A program made the translations under genes and the position numbers. DNA of 63,760 nt, the filler included, from Octopus bimaculoides (taxonomy: Eukaryota): assembly GCF_001194135.2 (NCBI RefSeq). It is 10 parts of 10 records of this genome, joined end to end, with 100 filler letters (N's around TTAATTAATTAA, not from the genome) between each part and the next. Parts side by side here need not be neighbours in the genome. Positions count along the whole stretch, not along the records: positions 1 to 18,841 come from NC_068987.1; 9 more parts are not named here. The stretch is one strand, 5' to 3'. The notes below the pieces were generated by a model. It was not told the origin of the DNA, did not search any database, and was given only the letters and a program-made list of their open reading frames with translations. This document shows positions 1-13,967 of this stretch, in pieces (positions within the stretch are counted from its first letter, which is position 1; every line of letters begins with the position of its first letter).

Positions 1-33
<33 letters not shown>

Positions 34-2860
34 TTATATCAATTTATAATGTATTTTCTTGGCGAAATAAACAAAAATAGATTGATTTTATCTGAGGCAA
101 GCCAATGTTCAGGATTGTATATTATTCTTCGAGTTACCGTAATTAGCAGTCAAATACCACCACAAGACAACTGCTTCATTTTAAAGACATTGTTGAAGTT
201 CATTTAATACTTTATCTGGGAAAAAAAAAGTGTTCGGATGGAGATTGGGTCGCTTAATATCATTGATTTGATTCCGTCTGATTGAGACCAACGCTCCAAG
301 CAGAGCAACATCAACGCGTATTAAAATACTGTCGACCAAGGAAACCAGTTCAGACTTTATAAGCATTATTAGCAAAATGAGTAATACATATCCTAGTTTG
401 CTTCTGTACAGATCGTACTCTCATCACAGTAGTAGCGAAACGTATGTGGACTGTCATAGATATATTTCCATGCAATTCACACTCACTGCACAGCGTCTGC
501 AAAACTGTGAGATACTTCATATATGCAGACTTGATTCTATGCAATTTGTATCACTTATTATAATAGTGTATATATGTTTTCTAAGAGAACAGGGCAGGAA
601 TCTGTATCATTATTGACAAAATATTTCGACGGAAATTTAATTTCCTTTTACCGTTCGTGGGGAATGTAAAATATGTATCTTATTTCTTATTAATATACGC
701 GTTGTGTTCGTACAACTCTATAAACAACTTATATTAACGCAGGAAGCATAAATATATACAATATTAATAGTTCAATATATCTACTATTAATTCTGTCAAT
801 GGAGTAAAGCTTTGTATGTTTCAACTTTAAATATAGGACTATTCACTAGGAATCGATTGAAAAATCGATGGAGCACGAAATGAAATATTTTTTATGTATT
901 AAATTACATTCTATGTTCGAGTCATGTCAGTTTAAATGTTTGAATTCATAATTCGAGGGCCGATGAATTAAGCTAGATTTCTGTCTGTGTGCTTGTATGC
1001 AAAAACCAATGTTTTACATTGTTTAGTTTTCAGAAGGAGAGTAGTGTCAATGAAATTTCCGAGAGATTATGAGACTGCTTAGAAGGAAGTTGTAGGAGAA
1101 TCGGGTACCCAGACTGGTATGCGCGGACTTCTCTAAAACCACCTGCATATCCGGAGAAAGTGTTAAACAGGACGACGGATTACGTTTATAACTCAAACAG
1201 CATAGAACTTCATTCCTTCACAGCCTTGCAGACCTCCATAAGTGTCATGAACAAACAGCTTAATTTTCATAAATTCTGAATCCATTCATAGATCAGGACA
1301 CCTCTGAAATATGTTCTATTGTTTCTTTTTGCGAGGAAGAGGTAAAAAAAAAAATCACTGATCATACCAATTAAATGTTATAGCTCCTGTCAACACGGCA
1401 AATTTTGCATTTCAGACTTGTCTTCCTCTTTAGAGCGAGAAAAATAAAGCGTAAAACTTACTAAAGTGTAACAAAACCTGACTGAAATTTATATCCGGGA
1501 TGATAATTCAGTAACTCACACACATCGTATTTCACTGGCCCGCGCTTCTGTTGTTTCTTCTGTCTGCTTTTTCAAACTTTACTCATCTCCAGAACGTTGA
1601 TCTGGATTTCATTCTGCGCACTACATTTTTATCTGTAACCGTTTCGATTCAGCTGTTTACATGGAATATTAAATGCCTCGGAGGAACTGCGAAGGTGTTG
1701 GACTCATTGCTTTACTCCATGAGACACCAATAAGAATCTCACATTTTGATAAAAGAGCCTTGCAGACATGTGTAGTGTGATCGAACTGTAGACCTCGCAA
1801 CAGAAATTCTTAATTACACAATTATGTCTGTCTGATATTTATTTTATCGACGGTTATTATATTGAAGTATTTAAGTTACTGATTCGAGTGGTNNNNNNNN
1901 NNNNNNNNNNNNNNNNNNNNNNNNNNNNNNNNNNNNNNNNNNNNNNNNNNNNNNNNNNNNNNNNNNNNNNNNNNNNNNNNNNNNNNNNNNNNNNNNNNNN
2001 NNNNNNNNNNNNNNNNNNNNNNNNNNNNNNNNNNNNNNNNNNNNNNNNNNNNNNNNNNNNNNNNNNNNNNNNNNNNNNNNNNNNNNNNNNNNNNNNNNNN
2101 NNNNNNNNNNNNNNNNNNNNNNNNNNNNNNNNNNNNNNNNNNNNNNNNNNNNNNNNNNNNNNNNNNNNNNNNNNNNNNNNNNNNNNNNNNNNNNNNNNNN
2201 NNNCACACACACACACACACACACCCATATATACCAGCTTTCTTATTCCTCTAGAGAGTTTCTTCCTACCATACATTATCAATATAATATAATATTAATA
2301 CGAACATATATTCTAGAATTTCTAGAACACAATGAATCTATGAGCAATCTTTATTCGTATCTTTTTTTTCCCCTTCTGCATAATTGATTGATATTCTCTT
2401 GAGAAGTGTTAAAGGAAATTTGCTAAGTTCAGGCGCATAAAGTGTACCAATAAAAACCATTTACCACTATATATATATCTCTCTCTGTGTGGTAGTGAGC
2501 AGTGCATGGACAAAACTTTTGTTTAATGTTATTGCTAGACAAACACCTGTCTCTTTTAGTTTCTACATTCTTTTTCTCGTTTGTTTCGGTTGATTGAAGC
2601 TGCACAATTTAGACGTAAATATCCTTGTCACCTTTTAGACTACCAAGCTGTCTAACTTTATGTCTGCCAGTGTATCGATCATACCCTGCAAATAATTCTC
2701 TCTATATCTATTTATGTATCATTTTATCTGTAAATCTACCTCACTGTCTATTCAACCTTACATTTATCCGTGTTTCGAAAATTTTATCTACGCAACTATC
2801 TATATGTGTCTGTTTATAGATTTCTTTTTCCTTCCTTTCTGCTTTCACCCTTCCCCCCTC

Positions 2861-2929
<69 letters not shown>

Positions 2930-2950
2930 GTCTCTCTCTCTCTCTCTCTC
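2861..2950. repeat. (CTGT)n-(CT)n microsatellite
   Basis: Direct reading. It is one of dozens of (CA)n, (TA)n, (CT)n and (GATA)n tracts in the window. Confidence 0.95.
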
Positions 2951-3004
2951 TACGTCAAACAAACATAGTTAAAAGCACAAGTATACAAACATATACATAT
3001 TCTT

Positions 3005-3295
3005 ACACTCGCTGGATAGAGTTCACTTGCAATGACAGTCACCAGTGTATTTAGGAATGCTGTTGCAACTGGTATTTTTACGGCGATGGAGGAGAGATTC
3101 TCTCCGTGGTGTATGGTTATGTGCAATGTGAGGATAACTGCATCGCGAAGATTCTTTGGTATTTTGCCATATTCACAGCAGCAGACTCAAGTCCCATCGA
3201 GTTTGGGTTGCTCTGCTTGGTCTCATTCTCTCAAATTTCCGGCGGGACACCGTGTAATCTCGTGCCTTCTAAATTTTCTGCTGCTTTCATGAACA
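3005..3295 (-). mobile_element. Highly degenerate RTE-like RT fragment
   Basis: GVPPEI* then EYGKIPKNLRDAVILTLH...SSIAVKI...FLNTLVTVIASELYP aligns by eye with the RTE motif GIPPEIW...G.LPQDLRDAVIITLYK...SIAGKILA.ILLNRL. Confidence 0.6.
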
Positions 3296-4505
3296 GTCGT
3301 TTCGCTGGTTTGGATCCTGTCCAGTTTGGTTGTTCTGTGGGAAACAATAAAATGCGTAAAATTAACAATGCACCTGGTGCTGAGAAGAGTGTGCACACTG
3401 AGGAGAGTGGGGACATTTAGGAGAGTGGGGATTCTGAGGAGTGTGGGGAAGGTGAGGTGTATTTGAGCACTAAACTTGATGTGAAACGCTATATACCGTC
3501 TTTATAGTTTCATAAAATTCTAAACACCTGCCTTGTAAAGAGAACTCACATTCTACATGATTTTACACGGTGATAATACTAGTTACAGACCGTATTATGT
3601 TTCTAAGAGTTGCTTTCGCCAGGAATAAAATTTTGTAAAGACCAACGTTACGAATATTTTGTCTTGTCCAAGTAGCGGGGGAGCGTCGCTTGGAATGACC
3701 AATACCTGCCATAGCAAACAATTCTGTTGTGTGAGTATAGAAGGTTTATTTATAACATACCTTCTGGAAAATATGTTCACTATTACTTTGTTGCTCTTTA
3801 GCAGAAGAGGTTGCTCATTGTCGGCAACTAGAAAATAAAGAAAATGGAAACAAGTAGTAGTTAGACCACTTTCTCTAAGCCACTCTACATATGTAGCAGA
3901 GTGTATTTTGTTTAAAAAAAGCTACTTGGTCATTCAGCATATTGCTGCATGAAGTGATCATCTTTAGAGCCTCATGTAATCTTGACCGGTTACTTTAGAC
4001 TGGGAACTGCAGATTGATGAAAGCGCGAACTATTTGGTTGCAAATCAAGAAAAATATTCATGTCTATACGAGCGTAGATTACATGAAGATAAAATTCGAA
4101 GTGTGCTTCATCGTGTAAATAAAATGAAATACAGAAATTCGTATTATCAAACCTCTAAGAATTAACATAAAGTTTTGTTTGGGATTATCTTCCTAAAGAG
4201 AAGAGGTATGGAATTTGTCGTTCTCTGTTCGATAAAACAGTTTTCAGATAAATAACGTGACTTGTTCAACAGTCTATAATATTCTCGCAAAGAGAAAATC
4301 GGATTTTGCAGGTTTCGCTCCTCGTTCGAAAAACCTAAATTATCTTTTCATTCTGAATTGCGTGAAGAAACATTGCATTCATATATTGTCAGAAGACACG
4401 AAATTTACTTTAAACTGAATCTTAGGTTCATCATAATAAAATAAATATTTCAATAATGAAAATATAATTGAGTAATCAGCTGACTTACAAATATTCTTTA
4501 TATAT

Positions 4506-4735
4506 CTACTGAACTATTTGCTTCAGTGCCGTTTCATGTTCTTGCCTAATAGGGCTGGGGTCATTCCAGGTCGGTGGTCTCAGAGACATCCTAATGCATT
4601 GATCCGACTTGGTCAAACAGTGCTGTACATCGCTGTAGGTCTCGTGCCAACCCTCCTGCGTCTTGAAGGTGAAGTTGAACCTCTGGAGACCTTCTTTTAT
4701 AACGTCCAATTGGTTAGCGCGCGGTTTTTATAGAC
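4506..4735 (-). mobile_element. Possible RTE-like C-terminal remnant (or an unidentified terminal exon)
   Basis: Open frame YKKPRANQLDVIKEGLQRFNFTFKTQEGW... resembles the GRPRxxWLDVIKEDL motif at RTE ends. The match is weak. Confidence 0.3.
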
Positions 4736-5602
4736 TCAACAGAAGGCGATATAAAATGCGATCGGTAGGCAGGCTAAAAGTTAAGCTCATAAGAATATAA
4801 CAAAGATTTCCTTCCACGTTAGAGGTACCTTCGGAAAGGCATAGATATCCTGGTGCCAAAATTAAAAAATATATATAAAACTCATGCGAACTAAATTAGT
4901 ATAGAAAAGTTGTAAGAATCTTCTGCAACAGAGGTATTGTTAAGATTTTTGCATGTACAAGTGACAATATCGGTTTCGATTCCTTGTTCGAAGCAATTTT
5001 CTTTGACATAAACTGTCGAAAATTCTTCACTTGATAAAAAATACGTTCCAGTTACGCAGTGAAAATAATTTATGCCTTTGCTCCTAACGGCATAATATTT
5101 CTCAGTTGAAGTTGGAACTAAAAATCAATATTTGCAAACAAACTTCCAATTTATTGAATATTTTTTAAAAAATACAAGTGTATACACAATATATTAACTG
5201 TAAAAATTGATTAGTAAATCCGCATAACTTTTAACAGACATTTTACAAATAGAATAAATAAGATATTTCACAGATCATTAAAATGACAAATATTCAGGAG
5301 AAACTATTGATAATGGTTACTAGTATTGCCAAAAGGGCACAACCATTGAGAGAAAGATGGAGTGAATGGAATCGATTAAAGTACTTGATTAATTATAATT
5401 TCATCGATACTGGAAAATTAAAAGACAAAAGCTGAAGTTAATGATATTTGAAAACGAAATTTAAAAGGTCTTCAACAAATACTGCAAAGCATTTTCCTCT
5501 CCATTCTCATTAATTTTTCCAATCATCACCCATCGATATAATGTCATACACCCTGGGGGTACATAATAGTTGTTGACATCGAAAGGAATTCTTTGTCTCT
5601 GA

Positions 5603-5668
<66 letters not shown>

Positions 5669-7814
5669 ATGTATATATATATATATGTATATATATACAT
5701 CTTATTTTTACTGGTTTATTTGGTCTTCGTCTTCGCTAATCGTGCCTTGCGGACATTTATTGTGGTTTTGGAGTCAGGATTTGACTGCTATTTTTTCAGC
5801 GTGGTGGTAACTCTTGATACCCTGTATTATAATTTTAAATAATTATTACCTTTGATGGCTTTTATTCCCATGCTGACCACTTGATAAGATCAATATTTTA
5901 AATACCGATCTTATCCTTATTTATATAAATTAGTTTTGTCAGTGTATTTACTGCGCTGATATCCTGTCCGGGATCGCACGAGAAGTTGTTTAGGCGGGCT
6001 ATTTAAGCTAGTCGTGTGCATACGTGCATATATATGTATGTATACGTCCGTATNNNNNNNNNNNNNNNNNNNNNNNNNNNNNNNNNNNNNNNNNNNNNNN
6101 NNNNNNNNNNNNNNNNNNNNNNNNNNNNNNNNNNNNNNNNNNNNNNNNNNNNNNNNNNNNNNNNNNNNNNNNNNNNNNNNNNNNNNNNNNNNNNNNNNNN
6201 NNNNNNNNNNNNNNNNNNNNNNNNNNNNNNNNNNNNNNNNNNNNNNNNNNNNNNNNNNNNNNNNNNNNNNNNNNNNNNNNNNNNNNNNNNNNNNNNNNNN
6301 NNNNNNNNNNNNNNNNNNNNNNNNNNNNNNNNNNNNNNNNNNNNNNNNNNNNNNNNNNNNNNNNNNNNNNNNNNNNNNNNNNNNNNNNNNNNNNNNNNNN
6401 NNNNNNNNNNNNNNNNNNNNNNNNNNNNNNNNNNNNNNNNNNNNNNNNNNNNNNNNNNNNNNNNNNNNNNNNNNNNNNNNNNNNNNNNNNNNNNNNNNNN
6501 NNNNNNNNNNNNNNNNNNNNNNNNNNNNNNNNNNNNNNNNNNNNNNNNNNNNNNNNNNNNNNNNNNNNNNNNNNNNNNNNNNNNNNNNNNNNNNNNNNNN
6601 NNNNNNNNNNNNNNNNNNNNNNNNNNNNNNNNNNNNNNNNNNNNNNNNNNNNNNNNNNNNNNNNNNNNNNNNNNNNNNNNNNNNNNNNNNNNNNNNNNNN
6701 NNNNNNNNNNNNNNNNNNNNNNNNNNNNNNNNNTATATATATATATATATATATATGCGTATTTATCTAGCTATCTATATGCATAAACACACACACGCAC
6801 ACACACACACACACACACGCGCACATATATACATATGTATATAATATGTACACTCACATACACAGACTCACATATACACACATCCACTCACTCGCACACA
6901 TAAACACGCGCGCACACACACACATATGAGATACCTAGACATATAAATATCGTATTTCATTGAGCATGACAAGATGAAAAGAATCCTGAATTCCGATGAG
7001 ATTTCAAATCATAATATTGTGGAACAATTCAGACAACCACTGTTCGCCAATGAAAGCAATAATAATATAAGAAATCTTCGGAATTCTGGCAGAGATGATG
7101 AAATTCAAAGCAGTATATTACTGGTGATTTTTCGTTAAGCGATAAGGATGACATGCAATATCAATACAAGTCAGATTTAAAATTAAAATATAAGGTAAAT
7201 AAATAAATATGACTTTCTCTTATGTTAACAGTTTTGAAAATCACTGTTTCATAAAATTGAGTGGAACTTAATACTATTCTTGACTAACACATCTTTCTCG
7301 ACTTATAGTTGGTGCACGACTAAGTAATATTGGATGGGAGCTTAATTCAGAATATAACAATTAAAGTGATATTTCGGTCGTTCTGCAGTTTCTGATATCC
7401 AACACATTTGTCTAAATGGTGTTGGTGATGTGATTATAAAATTTGCTAAATCAAAAATTGTACAACATCCGAAACATTTATTACCATAGCATTTTAGATC
7501 ACTTTTCCTATTCCTTTCGAGGACTCAGGAAACAGCCGTGGTGTACGTCCTCTTTTACTGTGATTAAACCATTGGAAAAAAAAAAAAAGATCAGAAAAAC
7601 TGCCCCCACTTTCAAAAAGTCAAAATCTCGGAACTGTCCTCTTATTCAACGATCTTCCATAAGTGTTTTTTTTCATCTTAAGTAGCATATCGAAAAATAC
7701 ACAATCTCTGCCTCACTCGAGAACACACAGATTTATCTATTTATCTACCTATCTATCCGTCCATCGATCTGCTTCTCTGTCTGTCTGCATTTCATCCTGT
7801 CTCTCTCTCTCTAC

Positions 7815-7853
<39 letters not shown>

Positions 7854-7868
7854 NNNNNNNNNNNNNNN

Positions 7869-7951
<83 letters not shown>

Positions 7952-7989
7952 AGTGTGTGTGTGTACGTGCGCGCGAAAGTGTATGAACG

Positions 7990-8288
7990 TGCGCGGCCTG
8001 GTGGTTAGGATATTGCACTCGTGATCGCTCACTCGATCGCGGGTTTGATTCCTGGACCGAGTGGCGTTTGTGGTCTTGAGGAAGACACTTCATTTCATGT
8101 TACCTCAGTTCGCTCAGCTGGAAACGGGAAACCCGGTAACAGAACAGCCTACAGATCAGTGGAAATGTTGGCCTGCTCGGCGTGCTAGCGTGGTAAAATC
8201 AGGCGAAATCCAGAACAATATGAAGCGCACTGTGGCCAGTGATGTGTAACAACATCCGATAGTATGGTCGATAACGCATTATATATAT
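7990..8288 (+). mobile_element. tRNA-derived SINE, separate family
   Basis: GGCCTGGTGGTTAGG ... GGTTTGATTCC boxes, then the cttgaggaagacacttcatt core-like segment. Confidence 0.6.
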
Positions 8289-9493
8289 NNNNNNNNNNNN
8301 NNNNNNNNNNNNNNNNNNNNNNNNNNNNNNNNNNNNNNNNNNNNNNNNNNNNNNNNNNNNNNNNNNNNNNNNNNNNNNNNNNNNNNNNNNNNNNNNNNNN
8401 NNNNNNNNNNNNNNNNNNNNNNNNNNNNNNNNNNNNNNNNNNNNNNNNNNNNNNNNNNNNNNNNNNNNNNNNNNNNNNNNNNNNNNNNNNNNNNNNNNNN
8501 NNNNNNNNNNNNNNNNNNNNNNNNNNNNNNNNNNNNNNNNNNNNNNNNNNNNNNNNNNNNNNNNNNNNNNNNNNNNNNNNNNNNNNNNNNNNNNNNNNNN
8601 NNNNNNNNNNNNNNNNNNNNNNNNNNNNNNNNNNNNNNNNNNNNNNNNNNNNNNNNNNNNNNNNNNNNNNNNNNNNNNNNNNNNNNNNNNNNNNNNNNNN
8701 NNNNNNNNNNNNNNNNNNNNNNNNNNNNNNNNNNNNNNNNNNNNNNNNNNNNNNNNNNNNNNNNNNNNNNNNNNNNNNNNNNNNNNNNNNNNNNNNNNNN
8801 NNNNNNNNNNNNNNNNNNNNNNNNNNNNNNNNNNNNNNNNNNNNNNNNNNNNNNNNNNNNNNNNNNNNNNNNNNNNNNNNNNNNNNNNNNNNNNNNNNNN
8901 NNNNNNNNNNNNNNNNNNNNNNNNNNNNNNNNNNNNNNNNNNATATATATGTATATATATATATATATGCATGTATGTATATTTACATACATACTGAGAT
9001 ATTTATATATATGTACATGTATAAACATGTACATACATATATAAACATACATACATATATACATACACACACACAGGCATATACATGTGTATGTACATGT
9101 ATGCATATATCTATGTACATTTATATATCATAAGTCCTCTATAATTATGAGTATAATCATATTAGATGAAATAGCTATCAATATGTATATGATTAGATCG
9201 GCGCTTTTTCTAATGGCAATATATAAATTTAATAAGCATCCTAAAGAGACGAAGCAACAATTACAGCATACACTAAAATTGCTGTCTTCTAATGTGTGTT
9301 AACATGTTTTGAATAATGTGTTTGGTAAAGGCATTCACCATGAGGATGAGAAGATAAAATAATTATCGCCACAGGCACGAAATGCGGTCTTCTATTGCAG
9401 TATATACTCATACACATACACACACAGACACACAGACACACACGCAGACACACACACACACATACGCACATACACACACACACACACAAACAA

Positions 9494-9524
<31 letters not shown>

Positions 9525-9537
9525 TACACACACGCAC

Positions 9538-9571
<34 letters not shown>

Positions 9572-10064
9572 GCACAAAAGGATTAATGTTAATAGAAACA
9601 TAGAGTGAAAGAGCTATATTCATGGAATTATAGAATGTGTATGTGTATGTGAATAGTGAAGTACATAAGTACGACTGTATGCAATAGTACAAACATTAAA
9701 CGAAAAGTAATCTATCTCTCTAAACATAGGTTTATTAACAGTTTCTCNNNNNNNNNNNNNNNNNNNNNNNNNNNNNNNNNNNNNNNNNNNNNNNNNNNNN
9801 NNNNNNNNNNNNNNNNNNNNNNNNNNNNNNNNNNNNNNNNNNNNNNNNNNNNNNNNNNNNNNNNNNNNNNNNNNNNNNNNNNNNNNNNNNNNNNNNNNNN
9901 NNNNNNNNNNNNNNNNNNNNNNNNNNNNNNNNNNNNNNNNNNNNNNNNNNNNNNNNNNNNNNNNNNNNNNNNNNNNNNNNNNNNNNNNNNNNNNNNNNNN
10001 NNNNNNNNNNNNNNNNNNNNNNATATATATATATATATATATAGATAGATAGATAGCTAAATCA

Positions 10065-11140
10065 GGGGCGCCAAACATTATGTCCGATATAGTGTGGTGA
10101 GGATTAACATCACTGATACAGTCCAGATCAACCATATCAGGATTGCTAAAAACACAGCAGTAATGTTTCTGCAGTATCTCACTTATGGCTTTGGCATTAT
10201 CTTGGAGAGTGCCATTTTCATCAATTAGAGGGCCAAAAGTGGAGACACTGACCTTGTGTTTTTTCACAAACGAGAAGAGCACTTTGTTGTTGAGATTGAT
10301 TTTCTTAACCACCCATTTCTCCTCAACTGTTCTTTGGTAACTGATGATGGTCTTCATGCATTGTTGGAGGTTTTATGCTTTTGATTCGAGCCGTATTTTA
10401 GTTTGTTAATTTTTTTGTTTGTTCTTTGTATTTTTCTGATAAACATTTTTCTCTTTTGGGGAATTATACACTTAGTTTCCTACGCAGGTCTTGGTGGTGG
10501 TGGTGGTGGTGGTGGTGGTGGTGGGAGGGGTGTTTAGCACATATGTTTGTGACAGTGTTTACAAAGATCTGCCAGGATATTTTGATGCTGGAGGAGGTGT
10601 GTGCATGTTTGAAAGACCAGTCAACCTGTGATAGCTCGCTTATGATTGCGTCCCAGTCGGCCTCATAGAAATCGATGTTATCAAATGGGTGCGATGGAGA
10701 GAGGTCACAAGGGTTAGCTTTCGGCTGGTGGAATCTGAGGTAACAAAGGACCAGCTCATGGCCTGAAAGAAGGTTTTTTTTTCCACCGTAATATTGTGTA
10801 TATTGTTAGTGTGGTTACTAAACACTAGGTCTAAAATGTTCTGATATCTTGTTGGTGCAAGGACAAGTTACCACCTGAAAAAACTCATTCATAAAGTCGA
10901 GAAGTGACTCTACTGCATCTTGTTGAGGTGAGAGTGACTGATTTCAAACTGTTTGTAGGCCAATCAACAGAGGGTAGATTAAAGTCTCCGATCATAATTA
11001 TGTTATTAGAATGGCACTGTTGAATATGCCCAACTAGTATCAGGACATTGTTTTTTTGTTGTGCACAGTGACCGATTCAGAGTGGCCATTGGAGAATGTC
11101 ATATCTCCATCTGCCGAAAAGGAATCATGTAGAAAAATAG
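10065..11140 (-). mobile_element. CR1-clade LINE remnant (APE endonuclease C-half and linker)
   Basis: Minus frames: NNIIMIGDFNLPSVDW (APE motif), NILDLVFSNHTNNIHNI, and KVLFSFVKKHKVSVSTFGPLIDENGTLQDNAKAISEILQKHYCCVFSNP. Confidence 0.8.
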
Positions 11141-11172
11141 CAGTTCCACCCTTCCTTCTGTCGACTCGATCC

Positions 11173-11203
<31 letters not shown>

Positions 11204-11459
11204 AGTGTGTGTGTGTATGTCTGCATATATATAGAGAGATATCTATCTATATGTGTATATANNNNNNNNNNTATATATATATATATATATTGTATATATG
11301 CGGCAAATGAGAGAAGATAGAGTATACGAGAATTTATTAATCAGCATCTATTTTCGATTCCAAGTGTAAACTCTTCGTTTTATTATCCATTATATGTGTG
11401 TGTGTATGTATGTGTGTGTGTATGTGTGTGTGTATGCATACATATGTATGTATATATAC

Positions 11460-11494
<35 letters not shown>

Positions 11495-12223
11495 GATATA
11501 TATATATATATATATATTGTTGTACTTGGGGATGGTCATATTGCCAGTTTAGCCAATAAAAACACACGCACTGTATATTTGGTGTTAATTTTTTTTTTTC
11601 AGCTTTATATTACATTAATCTTAATCTTAATCTTATTTCGGCCATATATATATATTATTGTTCATTTATCTACAAATATATATATATATGTATATGAATA
11701 AATATGTGTCTGTGGGTTTGTGCTTGTTTTAAAACTGTTGGTGCTTAAATGTCGTTAATAATCTTGTCCCTTATAAAATATACATAGAAGACGATATGAT
11801 ACAGAAGAAGAATTGCAGTGAAACGTATAAATTACATCATAAAAAGCTATATTCCGTAAAATTACAAAGTAAATATATACGAGCAATATAAAGATTCATA
11901 AGTTGTTTGCCCAGTCTGAGAAAGACAAATAGCACTGACTACTGTGTATCTAGCTGCCTTAGAACCGGAGTAGTTCAGTATAGAGTTATTATATAATTGT
12001 ATGCAATCTTATTAGTCAGCATATATTTTTTTCGTGTTTCAGCCAGAATAATTGTTACATAATTCATCAATTAAAACAAACATCTGCACATTTGTACATA
12101 TATGTAAACATGTACATATATATNNNNNNNNNNNNNNNNNNNNNNNNNNNNNNNNNNNNNNNNNNNNNNNNNNNNNNNNNNNNNNNNNNNNNNNNNNNNN
12201 NNNNNNNNNNNNNNNNNNNNNNN

Positions 12224-13222
12224 GGGGTAGGACTGCCTTTGGCAGTAATTACAGCTTGAATTCTATGAGCTATCGACTCGTACATAGTTTGAATGTCTTC
12301 CAAAGGAACTTTTGTCCATTCTTCAGTTAAAACAATCTCAAGTTCTTGTAGCGATGATGGTGGAGGATATCAACTCTTTACTTGTTTTTATAAAATGCAC
12401 CATAAATGTTCTATAATATTGAGATCTGGGGACTGCGGTGGCCTGATAAGATGTCCAACTTCACTAGAATGTTCCTCGTGCCATTCAATAACAACTTTAG
12501 TTGTGTGAATTGGTGCATTATCATCCTGAAAAAATTGTGTTTTCCTCCGGAATCAGTTCCGCAACCATAGGATAAATTTGATCAGGTAAAGGGCTTAAAT
12601 AGTCTTGACTATTAATTCTGCCACGAAGGGAAACCATTGGGCCGGCAGATTTCCAAGATATAGCCCTCCAGATCATCATAGATCTCCTCCATGTTTGACA
12701 GTTGAAAGAAGGCAGTTTGAGTCAAATGCCTCTATTGGCTGTCTCCACACGTATGCTCGGTCGGTAGTTGGAAATAAGGTAAAGGATGACTCGTCCAAGA
12801 AAATAACATTCTTTTACTGCTCTGGGGACCAATTCTGTAGATTTTAATCCACTTTAAACGCTTTGCAAATTTTATTTTTGAAAGTAGTGGTTTTCTGATT
12901 GCAGCCCTCTCGGCTTTGTGCAGCTCTCGGCGAACAGTTTTTTTTTGTGTGGAAACTGGGTTCTCGAGGTGGTCATTAAGCTCTGCAGTAATTTTGGGAG
13001 CTGTAGTTTTGTGATCCTTTCTAACAGTTCGTGCAAGAGTCCGACGGTCCCTATCTGAAAGTTTTGGTCTTCTTGCGGAGATTTGTTTCGGCGAGGAGTT
13101 TTCCCCTCTTTCTCAGAGGCTGTCATTAATTTCGAGACAATACTTCTTGATACAACAAATATTTCGACTGTTTTCCTTACGCTAGCGCCTGCCATACGAG
13201 CACCAACAATTTGACCTCTTTG
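12224..13222 (-). mobile_element. Tc1/mariner transposase remnant with a DD36E catalytic triad (Incomer-like), near full length, frameshifted
   Basis: Minus-strand translation across frames: QRGQIVGARMAGASVRKT (paired-like HTH)...VIFLDESSF...FQDDNAPIHTTKVVIEWHEEHSSEVGHLIRPPQSPDLNIIEHLW...YESIAHRIQAVITAKGSPT. I count 36 residues between the D of DNAP and the E. Both ends lie in N gaps, so no TIRs are visible. Confidence 0.88.
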
Positions 13223-13967
13223 NNNNNNNNNNNNNNNNNNNNNNNNNNNNNNNNNNNNNNNNNNNNNNNNNNNNNNNNNNNNNNNNNNNNNNNNNNNNNN
13301 NNNNNNNNNNNNNNNNNNNNNNNNNNNNNNNNNNNNNNNNNNNNNNNNNNNNNNNNNNNNNNNNNNNNNNNNNNNNNNNNNNNNNNNNNNNNNNNNNNNN
13401 NNNNNNNNNNNNNNNNNNNNNNNNNNNNNNNNNNNNNNNNNNNNNNNNNNNNNNNNNNNNNNNNNNNNNNNNNNNNNNNNNNNNNNNNNNNNNNNNNNNN
13501 NNNNNNNNNNNNNNNNNNNNNNNNNNNNNNNNNNNNNNNNNNNNNNNNNNNNNNNNNNNNNNNNNNNNNNNNNNNNNNNNNNNNNNNNNNNNNNNNNNNN
13601 NNNNNNNNNNNNNNNNNNNNNNNNNNNNNNNNNNNNNNNNNNNNNNNNNNNNNNNNNNNNNNNNNNNNNNNNNNNNNNNNNNNNNNNNNNNNNNNNNNNN
13701 NNNNNNNNNNNNNNNNNNNNNNNNNNNNNNNNNNNNNNNNNNNNNNNNNNNNNNNNNNNNNNNNNNNNNNNNNNNNNNNNNNNNNNNNNNNNNNNNNNNN
13801 NNNNNNNNNNNNNNNNNNNNNNNNNNNNNNNNNNNNNNNNNNNNNNNNNNNNNNNNNNNNNNNNNNNNNNNNNNNNNNNNNNNNNNNNNNNNNNNNNNNN
13901 NNNNNNNNNNNNNNNNNNNNNNNNNNNNNNNNNNNNNNNNNNNNATATATATATATATATATATATA

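Noticed and set aside
1021-1082. Plus-strand acceptor-like gttttcag followed by short frames (RRVVSMKFPRDYETA*)
   Set aside because: Too short, with no homology I can recognise.
6014-6844. Long ORFs spanning N gaps (also near 1.9, 8.2, 13.2, 14.7, 44.2 and 51.2 kb)
   Set aside because: They are open only because N codons contain no stops.
6880-6895. Minus-strand SEWM peptide like the PRMT double-E loop
   Set aside because: It lies inside a CA-rich microsatellite with no splice context.
6974-7195. Short acidic ORF (MKRILNSDEI...) and a downstream AAG|GTAAAT donor-like site, piggyBac N-terminus-like
   Set aside because: The frame is broken and there is no diagnostic motif.
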